From: a virus
Virus record (IMG/VR): IMGVR_UViG_3300020122_000155
Span: 32,001-96,000 of that record
Reading direction: 5' to 3' (one strand)
DNA: 64,000 bases
The translations under genes were made by a program, and so were the position numbers. Below the pieces are notes generated by a model, which saw nothing but the letters and a program-made list of their open reading frames with translations, was not told the origin of the DNA and searched no databases. Of this stretch, positions 1 to 7,670 are shown piece after piece. How positions within the stretch are numbered: position 1 is the stretch's first letter; every line of letters starts with the position of its first letter.

Positions 1-1
1 C

Positions 2-175
2 ACAGACCTGAAGCACGCCGCCGCACTCGACGCAACGCTGACGAAAACCGCCTACTGGATCACCGACGTTGGCAGGAAATTGGTGCCGACGCAGGCAATT
101 TCACACATCAATGGCAACATCTACGACAACCGCCCTGAGAACTTGCGTATCGTGACGCTGAAGGAAAATCTATGA
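2..175 (+). CDS. Partial (5'-truncated) HNH-motif protein
   Basis: Manual translation from nt 2 ends ...SHINGNIYDNRPENLRIVTLKENL*, an HNH_3-like motif; ATGA overlap with the next gene. Confidence 0.7.
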   Translation, partial: TDLKHAAALDATLTKTAYWITDVGRKLVPTQAISHINGNIYDNRPENLRIVTLKENL

Positions 176-529
176 GCTACGACATTTATCTGAACGATGC
201 GGACGGAGAAACTCTTAATCTCCCGTCTCGCCACGTCCTAAAAGGCGGAACCTATGCACTTGGAGGAACATCCCAAGCATGGCTGAATATCACTTACAAC
301 TACGCGCCATTTTTTTTACAAGCTGATCGACGCGGAGAAGGGAATCCGCGCGATCTACGGAAAAACCGGGCGCGAGTGTATTCCCATTCTCGAATCCGCC
401 ATCAAGGAACTCGGCACGGAACGCGATACAGAGTACTGGAAAGCGACGCCGGGGAATGCCGGTGCGGCACTAGCCGATCTGCTAACGCTTGCAGTCGCTT
501 TACCTGACGGCATTTTCGATGGCGACTAG
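172..529 (+). pseudogene. Conserved-type phage protein interrupted by a +1 frameshift in a T8 run (310-317)
   Basis: Removing one T gives ...NITYNYAPFFYKLIDAEKGIRAIYGKTGRECIPILESAIKELGTERDTEYWKATPGNAGAALADLLTLAVALPDGIFDGD*, a coherent protein ending in TAG at 527-529. Confidence 0.7.
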
Positions 530-696
530 CTTTCTCGCCGGGTGAACTTCCCGCCGCTTCCTCGAACGACCCCTGAGCAACGCGGGCATACGGAAACCGC
601 CGACGATTTGACTTTACGGCCAATCGCAAGCTGGTATCCCAGTGCGAACGCGACCGCCGCCGTCAGAAGTTCTAGACCAAATATTCCAAAACCCAT
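526..696 (-). CDS. Small membrane protein (56 aa) with CxxC
   Basis: Manual translation MGFGIFGLELLTAAVAFALGYQLAIGRKVKSSAVSVCPRCSG...; one hydrophobic helix. Confidence 0.45.
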   Translation of the reverse strand: MGFGIFGLELLTAAVAFALGYQLAIGRKVKSSAVSVCPRCSGVVRGSGGKFTRRES

Positions 697-782
697 TTGT
701 CCGCTCGCTCCCGCGCAATTTCCTCAGTTAATCCACTGGCAATGCAGCTGATCATCCGTCCTGAAAGCATAGAAAAACCATG

Positions 783-977
783 CTAGCTTGACGATGACGT
801 AGCTGACTTCGCCTTGGGCTTCAGGATGCTCCTCAGCCATTCGTTCACCAACCTGAGACTCTGTAGTTCCCGCTCGCGATATGGCTCCGTGGCTTGCGCG
901 AGAACGCTTTGGCGATATAGTAGCCGCGCCGTTTCGTTCTTGTCGCGCTTTGCTCCGTCGCTCCAGAAGGTTGCCAT
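783..977 (-). CDS. Hypothetical protein
   Basis: ORF track; abuts neighbouring minus-strand genes. Confidence 0.5.
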   Translation of the reverse strand: MATFWSDGAKRDKNETARLLYRQSVLAQATEPYRERELQSLRLVNEWLRSILKPKAKSATSSSS

Positions 978-1196
978 TCACGCTGATGCCGCCGAAGTCT
1001 TGCCAGGGGCACGTTTCAATAGCCCACCCGATGGAGGCCGAAACCGGCGCGCAAAGAAGTCTGGAGGCTTGATGCCGATGGATCGCAGGAAATCGCACAG
1101 CCGCGAAACTTCAGACGGTTCATGGCTCAGTAGAAATTCGATTTTCTCACGGTCGCTTTCGATCTGAGCGCGCCAACGTCCCCATCCCGTATTCAC
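978..1196 (-). CDS. Hypothetical protein
   Basis: ORF track; GTGA overlap with upstream gene. Confidence 0.55.
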   Translation of the reverse strand: MNTGWGRWRAQIESDREKIEFLLSHEPSEVSRLCDFLRSIGIKPPDFFARRFRPPSGGLLKRAPGKTSAASA

Positions 1197-1387
1197 TTAT
1201 GGCCCGCTTCCCGCCTGCGCTGTAGCTCAGCTAGCCATGCCACACGCGCGGGGTCATCTTCGTCCGAACGGGCTACAGAATATCTCTTGCCGTCACGCCG
1301 CGCATCGACTGCCGTCTTACGCACGGCTGGTGCGTCGTAGTCAGGTCCTCGCCCGTAGTCGTCAGGAGACAACCGCAACGTGTTCAT
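1193..1387 (-). CDS. Hypothetical protein
   Basis: ORF track; tight operon packing. Confidence 0.6.
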   Translation of the reverse strand: MNTLRLSPDDYGRGPDYDAPAVRKTAVDARRDGKRYSVARSDEDDPARVAWLAELQRRREAGHK

Positions 1388-1390
1388 AAC

Positions 1391-1690
1391 TCAACCGATG
1401 GACCTCGTTGACTGACAGCCAGGGGTACCCTTCAAAGCAAAGACGAAGCCGACATTGAGCGCCTGCTTGAACCCTTCCCCGTCATGACTGAAGGCCGCTA
1501 AGCTTGTCCGTGGCTTCTCAAATGCCCTCCGCAAGTTCCCTCGTTTGTTGAACTTGAGAGTGAAGTGCCCGCGATTTAGCCAGAGGAAAACGTAATCGAC
1601 GTACTCCACCTTGCCGGAGCACCACTGAAGAGGTATCAGGCCGTCTGATTGTTTAGACACGAGGGGTATTGGAGGCTCAGTCGGGATCAA
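1391..1690 (-). CDS. Hypothetical protein
   Basis: ORF track; tight packing downstream of the promoter at 1804-1832. Confidence 0.5.
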   Translation of the reverse strand: MIPTEPPIPLVSKQSDGLIPLQWCSGKVEYVDYVFLWLNRGHFTLKFNKRGNLRRAFEKPRTSLAAFSHDGEGFKQALNVGFVFALKGTPGCQSTRSIG

Positions 1691-1803
1691 CTACGGCGCG
1701 ATCCGGCGCTTTACTTCTGGCGGTTGATGAGCGTTGCCCGCATGGAAACACACTCCGGCCCGCAAGCATCTACCGGGGATCGGTGAAGGGAATCCACGTC
1801 GTG

Positions 1804-1832
1804 AGCATAATCCGCCAACTCAGTAATGTCAA
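1804..1832 (-). promoter_or_regulatory. Sigma70-type promoter TTGACA-17-TATGCT
   Basis: Perfect -35, 17-nt spacer, TAnnnT -10 on the minus strand. Confidence 0.7.
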
Positions 1833-1850
1833 GTTTTTGTTTTGAGAAAG

Positions 1851-2114
1851 TTACGAGGAGGGAGCTAAAAGGACGTGGATTGTTCGGCCAATTGTACGAG
1901 TCGATATTCGCCAATCCCCGCTATGGTATCGCTTGCCAATCATGAGAATTGTTGAGCGGAATTGGGGGACTTTCATTTCAGGAGGGCAGGATATTTGCAG
2001 GGTTTCCCCTGGCTCAAGTGATTCTATTTTACTTGCTAAAAAAGACCAGTCGGCCCGTTGACCTTGCTTTGCAAGATCGCTGAGCCGACCTTTTTGTATC
2101 GTGATCTTCGCCAC
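1851..2114 (-). CDS. Small hypothetical protein, last gene of the Ro60-like operon
   Basis: ORF track; 3 nt downstream of the previous gene. Confidence 0.65.
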   Translation of the reverse strand: MAKITIQKGRLSDLAKQGQRADWSFLASKIESLEPGETLQISCPPEMKVPQFRSTILMIGKRYHSGDWRISTRTIGRTIHVLLAPSS

Positions 2115-2117
2115 GCC

Positions 2118-2444
2118 TTATCGTGCGGCCTTCGCTTTTCCGAGGCCGAGCTTGTTTTGCAAATCGGCCAACCGGCGCTGCGCTTCCGTGCGCTTCTCGC
2201 TGACCGTCTTGTAGCCTTCCAGTTCGGCTTCGAGTTCGCGCATCCGCGCCAGATCCGAAGCATGGGTACGCCGCTCAATCTCCGTGCGGAGCGTACTCTG
2301 CGCCGTCTGGAGCCACTGAGGGACCGGCAACTCCAATTCGGTGAACTCACTGTCCAGCGTGCGAGCCTCAGCCGACAACGCCACGGCATCCTCCAAATCC
2401 AGGAGCCGATCAACGTTCAACTGCTTTAGTGTTTGGATCGACAT
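2118..2444 (-). CDS. Coiled-coil protein
   Basis: Heptad-like E/L/R-rich sequence; SD-like GAGGAG upstream. Confidence 0.75.
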   Translation of the reverse strand: MSIQTLKQLNVDRLLDLEDAVALSAEARTLDSEFTELELPVPQWLQTAQSTLRTEIERRTHASDLARMRELEAELEGYKTVSEKRTEAQRRLADLQNKLGLGKAKAAR

Positions 2445-2457
2445 TTTTCTCCTCTCC

Positions 2458-3045
2458 TCACCGCGACCTTGGCTTTGCGGTGATCGCTCTCAATTTGTCC
2501 AATTGCCTCACCAAGTCTTCGTTTGCATTCTGCGCCGCTGGCGAAAGATTCCCGACGCGCTTCATGTACTCGCCGGAATCAATCCAAGCTTCGTATTCCA
2601 TATTCCCGCGCGTTTTATTGCACTTCTTGCACGCCGAAACCAAATTGTCCTCGACCGTCGCGCCGCCATTTTCCCACAGAATCACATGGTCAACAGTTAG
2701 CGGAGCCTTAGCGCCGCAGTACCGGCAACGGTACCCGTCCCGCTCGAAGACGCGCCACGCCATCCACTGATCGATTTGTCGCTGGCTCTTACGGAGCACG
2801 GCTTTCCCCGGTCCCTGAACTTCGAGCACATCGCTCTGATTTAGGAATCGCTCCCACTCCGCGCCGTCCAGATTCAGAACTTCCCAAATATCGGTTAGCT
2901 CCTCATCCGGCAGCGGGACTACGAACGTCCGCCCCTCGCCGGTCCACACAGCACCGGCAAGCTGAATCGTATTCCCAATCGCCAGCAGGTCCAGTTGATC
3001 GAACGTCACCGGCTCCGAACTGATCGAGCACATTCTGGCGATCAT
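2458..3045 (-). CDS. HNH endonuclease with an N-terminal extension
   Basis: VFERDGYRCRYCG...LTVDHV...GG.T...NLVSACKKCN motif; ATG at 3045 overlaps the stop of the TROVE gene (ATGA). Confidence 0.85.
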   Translation of the reverse strand: MIARMCSISSEPVTFDQLDLLAIGNTIQLAGAVWTGEGRTFVVPLPDEELTDIWEVLNLDGAEWERFLNQSDVLEVQGPGKAVLRKSQRQIDQWMAWRVFERDGYRCRYCGAKAPLTVDHVILWENGGATVEDNLVSACKKCNKTRGNMEYEAWIDSGEYMKRVGNLSPAAQNANEDLVRQLDKLRAITAKPRSR

Positions 3046-4574
3046 GCGTGCTGCACCAGCGCCGGTAAGACCTGATCCAACGTCACCAACGGGCACGCCA
3101 TGATCTTTTCGACCACGCCAAATCGCGAAGCATTCATCGATTGCACGATATTCGGGATGCTGTAATAATCCACAGCACCACTCGTCAAATCGAACTCCGT
3201 GAACTGTCGCCCGACGCTGCCCATAATCTGCCCGAACATCCGAGGGTCAGGCTGACCAGGAGGACAGAAAGTCCGGTAAAGATACGTTGGAAGTACCTTG
3301 CCGAACCGCTTCTCATAGGCTATGTGCGCCTGAGCGTAGTGCTGCGTATTTTCCCCTCCGTCGCCGACAATCGCCACGCCGTCAAGCTGCAACCCTTTTT
3401 CGATTGCCCATGCGAGCCCGACGCCGTAGGACGTATTACCAGCCGCGATCACTAGCTTAGTCCGCGCCTGTAACTCCTCCAGCGTCTTTCCGGTCGCCTC
3501 CATCGGCGTCACGTCCGAGTTACAGAACACCAGCCACACTTGCCCGGTAACGAACTTTGCGATAGCCGCTGCGATGTGCGTACCAAGCGCAATCGCCGTT
3601 TGCTGGCTTGCGCTACGGTCACAAATCACCAGCCAGTTGCCGTCGATCCCTCGCCCCGATTCCTTCTGAGCCTGAATCTGCCGCTCCTGAAGTTCCCGCA
3701 GCATCGTCTTCATGCTCTCGTCTTCGACTTCATCCGCCGCGACCGAGGTCTTAAGCGTAGCCTTTTTGCTCTTGGTCGCCTTCGATACTTTCTTTCGAAA
3801 GGCGTCTTTCAGCACGGCATCCTTGCCGACGCCGCGCTTCTCCAGACTTTTCGCGCGGCTGACGACTTCCGTATCGCTCATCTGATCCATCGTGGCCTGA
3901 ACGACCTTCGCATCGTCCTGCTTCGCCTTCGCGCCAGCAAGCGCCCCGCTGACCACCAGCGGAGAAAGATGCCACTTCTGAATCGCCGCCGCGACCTGCG
4001 CGGAATCCATCAGCTTCAAATTGGCGATGTCTGCAAAAATCGATCCGGGGAGATACTGAGCGCTGATCGGCTTCCGATTTTCCTTGTCCTGATTCTTGAA
4101 CAGCAACGCCGATGCCCACGGTGCCATTGGCGCATGGGTCCGCGCATACAGATCACGCAAGCTGCGCCGATGCCGCACCGCCAAGCGGTTCCACTTACCC
4201 GGCTCCGATTCCTTGACTGCCAGATAGCGCCGGATCGTTTTCTCCAGCAACTTCTGACGCCGCGCCGGAGCGCCGCTGTCAATCGAGAACTTCAGCGCCT
4301 TTACCAGTTCGCGCGGCGGCTGCATCGCAAGATGCGCCACGGAGTTCTCGACCAATTCATCCGGGAACTCTTTTGACGCCAGCGTGATCACTGGCAGCGC
4401 AATCTTCGTGTCCTTGATTTGCCCATTAACGAAATCGTAGGCAATCAAGTGCGCCATGAACTCGGCGTCCTCTTTGCACGCCTGCCCAATCACCGCGTTG
4501 TATTCTGTGAGTTTTCCGTGAACTGAGAGGTTAAGCTTGTTCAGGATTTCAGAGCGAACCAGACCTTTTTCCAT
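3042..4574 (-). CDS. TROVE + vWA domain protein (Ro60/Rsr-like RNA-binding protein)
   Basis: Helical N-terminal region with DAEFMAHLIAY and SLRDLYARTHAP (TROVE-like); C-terminal vWA MIDAS elements CDRSAS, GNTS, VGDGGEN; adjacent to Y-RNA-like genes; start placed at MEKGLV. Confidence 0.8.
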   Translation of the reverse strand: MEKGLVRSEILNKLNLSVHGKLTEYNAVIGQACKEDAEFMAHLIAYDFVNGQIKDTKIALPVITLASKEFPDELVENSVAHLAMQPPRELVKALKFSIDSGAPARRQKLLEKTIRRYLAVKESEPGKWNRLAVRHRRSLRDLYARTHAPMAPWASALLFKNQDKENRKPISAQYLPGSIFADIANLKLMDSAQVAAAIQKWHLSPLVVSGALAGAKAKQDDAKVVQATMDQMSDTEVVSRAKSLEKRGVGKDAVLKDAFRKKVSKATKSKKATLKTSVAADEVEDESMKTMLRELQERQIQAQKESGRGIDGNWLVICDRSASQQTAIALGTHIAAAIAKFVTGQVWLVFCNSDVTPMEATGKTLEELQARTKLVIAAGNTSYGVGLAWAIEKGLQLDGVAIVGDGGENTQHYAQAHIAYEKRFGKVLPTYLYRTFCPPGQPDPRMFGQIMGSVGRQFTEFDLTSGAVDYYSIPNIVQSMNASRFGVVEKIMACPLVTLDQVLPALVQHA

Positions 4575-4582
4575 AAAAGTAA

Positions 4583-4704
4583 TGGCGGCATATCGGTCGA
4601 GCAATATCCCTTGCGGGACGGTTGGAGTCGAACCAACTACCTATTGATTTCAAGTCAATTGCTCTAGCCAAATGAGCTACGTGTACGTCGGCCAGTCGCC
4701 GCCA
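4583..4704 (-). ncRNA. Y-RNA-like tRNA mimic 1 (canonical D-anticodon-T order, UGA anticodon, long stem replaces the acceptor end)
   Basis: Terminal stem TGGCGGC/GCCGCCA; D arm GCTC-ATTTGGCTA-GAGC; anticodon arm ATTGA-CTTGAAA-TCAAT; T arm GTTGG-TTCGACT-CCAAC; no CCA end. Confidence 0.8.
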
Positions 4705-4711
4705 AATTCGA

Positions 4712-4856
4712 AGGAAGTTATATCGGTGGACTTTAGTGCTTTTGGAACTGACGCTCTACCGTTGAGCTACTCCCCCATAAGTGTTTTGGGGGAAGAAGGG
4801 AATCGAACCCTCAACATTCAGTGTAATGGCGTGTATGTCCGCACAGTCAACTTCCT
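4712..4856 (-). ncRNA. Y-RNA-like tRNA mimic 2 (YrlA-type permutation, opened at the anticodon loop)
   Basis: Terminal stem AGGAAGTT/AACTTCCT; order is ACTGA, T arm GAGGG-TTCGATT-CCCTT, closed acceptor hairpin CTTCCCC/GGGGGAG, D arm GCTC-AACGGTA-GAGC, TCAGT. Confidence 0.85.
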
Positions 4857-4894
4857 AACTCACTGCCCGCTAAACAACAACCGGGCGAACTTTA

Positions 4895-5053
4895 CGAGGC
4901 ATATCGATGGACCGTGTTTGCTGAATGCAACCTTAGAAGGGTTGTGCCTTAACCGTTAGGCTACTCCCGCGCTCATGGCTCAAAAAAGAGCAATCAGAGC
5001 GGGAGGCTGGAATCGAACCAACATATTTGCGTGTATGTCCGTCACTCGCCTCG
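4895..5053 (-). ncRNA. Y-RNA-like tRNA mimic 3 (opened at the variable loop, retains a UCU anticodon arm)
   Basis: Terminal stem CGAGGC/GCCTCG; T arm GTTGG-TTCGATT-CCAGC; closed acceptor CTCCCGC/GCGGGAG; D arm region TAGCCTAACGGTTAAGGCA; anticodon arm CAACC-CTTCTAA-GGTTG. Confidence 0.8.
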
Positions 5054-5060
5054 AAGAAAT

Positions 5061-5090
5061 AGATTACCTTGTTACCTCGTTACCTGTCAA
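5061..5090 (-). promoter_or_regulatory. Promoter TTGACA-18-TAATCT with three AGGTAA direct repeats; drives the Y-RNA/Ro60 operon
   Basis: Minus strand TTGACAggtaacgaggtaacaaggTAATCT; predicted start about 5054, at the 5' end of RNA 3. Confidence 0.7.
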
Positions 5091-5369
5091 GAACTATTTT
5101 TAGGAATCTTTCACGCCGCCATCAGCGCCATCTTGTGCTCCGCGCATGGACCGTTGGGTTGAGTAGTAGCGGGGGAACCAGCCTCTTGTTCTCTTGGGTC
5201 GTTGAGTTGCTCTCGAACGTATTCCAATCGGCCATTGCAACTACCGGCCTTTTGTTCACCGCCGCAATCACTCACAACCATCGGCGGCTACTCGTCATGC
5301 CCGTCTTCCCAAGGTCCCATACTGCGAGGACTTCCGGCTCCCCCTATCGTGGTGGGATGTCGAAATAAA

Positions 5370-5399
5370 ATGCTATCACTAAAACGCTGATCCGGTCAA
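5370..5399 (-). promoter_or_regulatory. Putative promoter TTGACC-18-TAGCAT with an extended -10 TG
   Basis: Minus strand TTGACCggatcagcgttttagTGaTAGCAT. Confidence 0.5.
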
Positions 5400-5806
5400 C
5401 GGATTTCTTTGGAAGGTATGATGCTCACACGCAGCCCAGGATGCAGGGCTTTTAGCAACCGAAGTTTGAGAGAAAAAACCGCAGTGACCATGCCTTTCAC
5501 GTCGATTAGCTCCTTGGTCTGGTCGTGGTGTAATAGCTCGAAATCAAAGATCATCTTGCAGACCGTTACGCCGTTCACCTTCAGCGGGACGGGTACCTGA
5601 CAGTAATATTCCTCGATGTCTCCTACTCGCTTGCGTTGTTCCAGCATGGCGCAATAACGACACTCCGCTTGGCTGTCAAACGTTCGTCCGTTGAACGTCC
5701 GCGCCTGCTTGCCGGCGTCTGATACATCCACGCCGTATTTGCTCTTAAGTTTTCCGCCACCCAGCCCCATCCGGCGCGCTGCCGATTCTGAGATACGGAG
5801 CGTCAC
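5396..5806 (-). CDS. DUF1064-family PD-(D/E)XK nuclease
   Basis: SKYG...FDSQAECRY...QVP...DF...LIDVKG motif pattern. Confidence 0.8.
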   Translation of the reverse strand: MTLRISESAARRMGLGGGKLKSKYGVDVSDAGKQARTFNGRTFDSQAECRYCAMLEQRKRVGDIEEYYCQVPVPLKVNGVTVCKMIFDFELLHHDQTKELIDVKGMVTAVFSLKLRLLKALHPGLRVSIIPSKEIR

Positions 5807-6054
5807 GGCTTCGCCCGCAATTCCGCGATGGCTGCATCGATGTCGTCAAGCCGCTGCTTTACCGCCCAGTCGGGAATCTGCACCGCCGCGAAGCTATTGA
5901 CAACGTACCCTCGCTCGTCTTTCGTCTGAACCGACACCACGTAATTCGCTAGATAATGGCGCAGAAATGCGGCATCGGCACACAACGTATTCAGTGGATC
6001 TGTCTCTGATTCGTTCACCTGCACAACTCCCTGCTTTTTTCGAGACAAGCCCAT
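5803..6054 (-). CDS. Hypothetical protein
   Basis: ORF track; overlap with next gene. Confidence 0.6.
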   Translation of the reverse strand: MGLSRKKQGVVQVNESETDPLNTLCADAAFLRHYLANYVVSVQTKDERGYVVNSFAAVQIPDWAVKQRLDDIDAAIAELRAKP

Positions 6055-6245
6055 ACCGCCGCTGGATTATCGTGATCGGCGGTAAGAATCTCGAACAGAT
6101 CGGTGCAAAGAGACAGTAGATACTTCGCGCGCGCCTCATCGCCTCGTTCCGCCGCTTCGAGGCAGGCATCCCTTAAAATCAGTCGCACTCTTATAAGCTC
6201 CTCACGAGATACCATCATCGCTTGGCGTGCTTTGCCTTCGCGCAC
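6015..6245 (-). CDS. Hypothetical protein (start uncertain)
   Basis: ORF track. Confidence 0.5.
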   Translation of the reverse strand: MREGKARQAMMVSREELIRVRLILRDACLEAAERGDEARAKYLLSLCTDLFEILTADHDNPAAVWACLEKSRELCR

Positions 6246-6343
6246 TCCACGCAGTACTTGCGAGTGCGGCTATTCGTCACCACTGATTTGAGGCAACGCC
6301 TGCACTTGATGCGCTGCCGCCGATTTTCGAGACAGAGGGACAT
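6215..6343 (-). CDS. Small Zn-ribbon protein (CRRC...CVEC)
   Basis: MSLCLENRRQRIKCRRCLKSVVTNSRTRKYCVECAK within ORF 6215-6427. Confidence 0.55.
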   Translation of the reverse strand: MSLCLENRRQRIKCRRCLKSVVTNSRTRKYCVECAKAKHAKR

Positions 6344-6345
6344 GG

Positions 6346-6696
6346 CTACTCTTCGGAGAATAGCGGCCCCGGTCGATCCGCTTCCGTCATCGGAACCGTC
6401 TTGATGACAGCGAGCGTGCGCTGGCAAATATACTGTTTCATGCCTTTCGTCGGCTGATCGAAAACAACGTCGCAGGGAGTCGGCGTGATCTCATAACCAC
6501 GCGTGATTTTTGTTGAAAGATCGCTGATGGCGGTCTCGCACTGGTTGATCTCATCCTTGAAGTGATCTGCCGCCTGCTTTTTCTGTTCTTCGAGCGAACG
6601 GATTTGTTCGTGCATCTGCGCCGCGAGCTTGCCCATTTCGAGAATCTCCGCGTCCGAGAATTGACGCTGGACGTGCTCGATGTATTGATTGTTCAT
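6346..6696 (-). CDS. Phage coiled-coil hypothetical protein
   Basis: ORF track; AAGGAG SD upstream. Confidence 0.75.
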   Translation of the reverse strand: MNNQYIEHVQRQFSDAEILEMGKLAAQMHEQIRSLEEQKKQAADHFKDEINQCETAISDLSTKITRGYEITPTPCDVVFDQPTKGMKQYICQRTLAVIKTVPMTEADRPGPLFSEE

Positions 6697-6712
6697 TTTT
6701 CTCCTTAAAGTC

Positions 6713-7108
6713 TTAGCAGGGCACCGTCTTGTATTGCCCGTTGAGCGAAACCTTGACGCCGCGAGCCACCTGCTTACCCAAGTCCGTTAGGACGTAGCCC
6801 CTTTCTTTGTTGCGCTCTAGCCGCGAGAACTCATCGAGCTTGTTTAAATGCTTTTGGATCGCGGACTGATCGTGCTTGGCTGCTGCTATCTTGATGGCGT
6901 TCCAGCATTCTTTCTTATCGGCATCACGATTAGGCGGCTCGACTGCTACTAGACGCATTATGCCGAGGTCAACCAATCCGCAGCACCGATAATCCGAGAT
7001 CGTTTTGGGAGCGTTCGTAGCGGCCTTCATGATCGCCCGCGTCTCATCGGCAGTCAGCCGAATAGTGGCCGTATCGATTACCTTGGTGGAAGTCTCTGAC
7101 TGTTTCAT
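6713..7108 (-). CDS. Hypothetical protein, possibly winged-helix
   Basis: LVDLGIM...YVLTDLGK pattern; ATGA overlap. Confidence 0.6.
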   Translation of the reverse strand: MKQSETSTKVIDTATIRLTADETRAIMKAATNAPKTISDYRCCGLVDLGIMRLVAVEPPNRDADKKECWNAIKIAAAKHDQSAIQKHLNKLDEFSRLERNKERGYVLTDLGKQVARGVKVSLNGQYKTVPC

Positions 7109-7521
7109 TTTCCCTCGCAATTCGTTTGTTCCGCGATTCGAATCCCCGCATCCAACCCAGTCCCGGCGAGCACCAGCGCCGTATATTTTTCATTCGGCAA
7201 GTTGTAGCGCTTTACAATCTCGCCTATGGTCCACTCCGCCCGCTTCTCGACGTGCCGCTTGAGCGCTTCGAAGCTCTCCGCGTCCGACCTCCAGCGAGCG
7301 TACCCTAGCGGCCCAGGACGTGCCCCGGCTTGATTAGCAAAGAGTAAGCAGCCCACGTTTCTAGGGCAATTTTCGTGCGCGGCAATCGCCTTTGCGACGG
7401 CCTCCACGTAGTAGCTGCGCTCATCGATGCAAACCGCGTGAAACGTTGGCGCGATCAGGTTAGACTTGGGCGCTAACAGAGTCAGCAGCGATGGCAAAAC
7501 GATGCGAAAGAAATACTTCAC
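7105..7521 (-). CDS. Secreted or membrane-anchored lysozyme-like fold protein
   Basis: Hydrophobic N terminus; AIAAHE...NVGCL...YARW.S..E...AL...TIGEIVKRY pattern recalls phage lysozyme-like proteins. Confidence 0.5.
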   Translation of the reverse strand: MKYFFRIVLPSLLTLLAPKSNLIAPTFHAVCIDERSYYVEAVAKAIAAHENCPRNVGCLLFANQAGARPGPLGYARWRSDAESFEALKRHVEKRAEWTIGEIVKRYNLPNEKYTALVLAGTGLDAGIRIAEQTNCEGK

Positions 7522-7670
7522 TTACCCTGCTTTCGCTTTCGCGCCAGTGCCGCCGCTTTGCTAGCTTTCGTAGCCCGCGCGATTCGTTCGGCTTGCGTCA
7601 TCGTCTCAAGGCTCCGCTTACCGCCCTTGCGGCCCATTTCCGCAGCGGTCATGATTTTTCTACTTGACAT
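7518..7670 (-). CDS. Small basic GRKGG-motif protein
   Basis: Manual translation MSSRKIMTAAEMGRKGGKRSLETMTQAERIARATKASKAAALARKRKQGK*; the second Met may be the real start. Confidence 0.65.
   Translation of the reverse strand: MSSRKIMTAAEMGRKGGKRSLETMTQAERIARATKASKAAALARKRKQGK

Noticed and set aside
4575-4604. ORF-track start of the TROVE gene at 4604
   Set aside because: It lies inside the 3' stem of RNA1; ATG 4574 is more plausible
4613-4690. Ordinary tRNA-Ser(UGA) gene
   Set aside because: Only about 3 bp of acceptor stem, no CCA and no long variable arm; it is embedded in the motif-bearing stem shared with the two neighbouring RNAs
5111-5363. Two-piece tmRNA (short ORF ending ALMAA*, TTCGAC...CACCA upstream of GGGGG)
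   Set aside because: No T-stem or complementary acceptor stem with G3.U70, and the putative acceptor piece is too short
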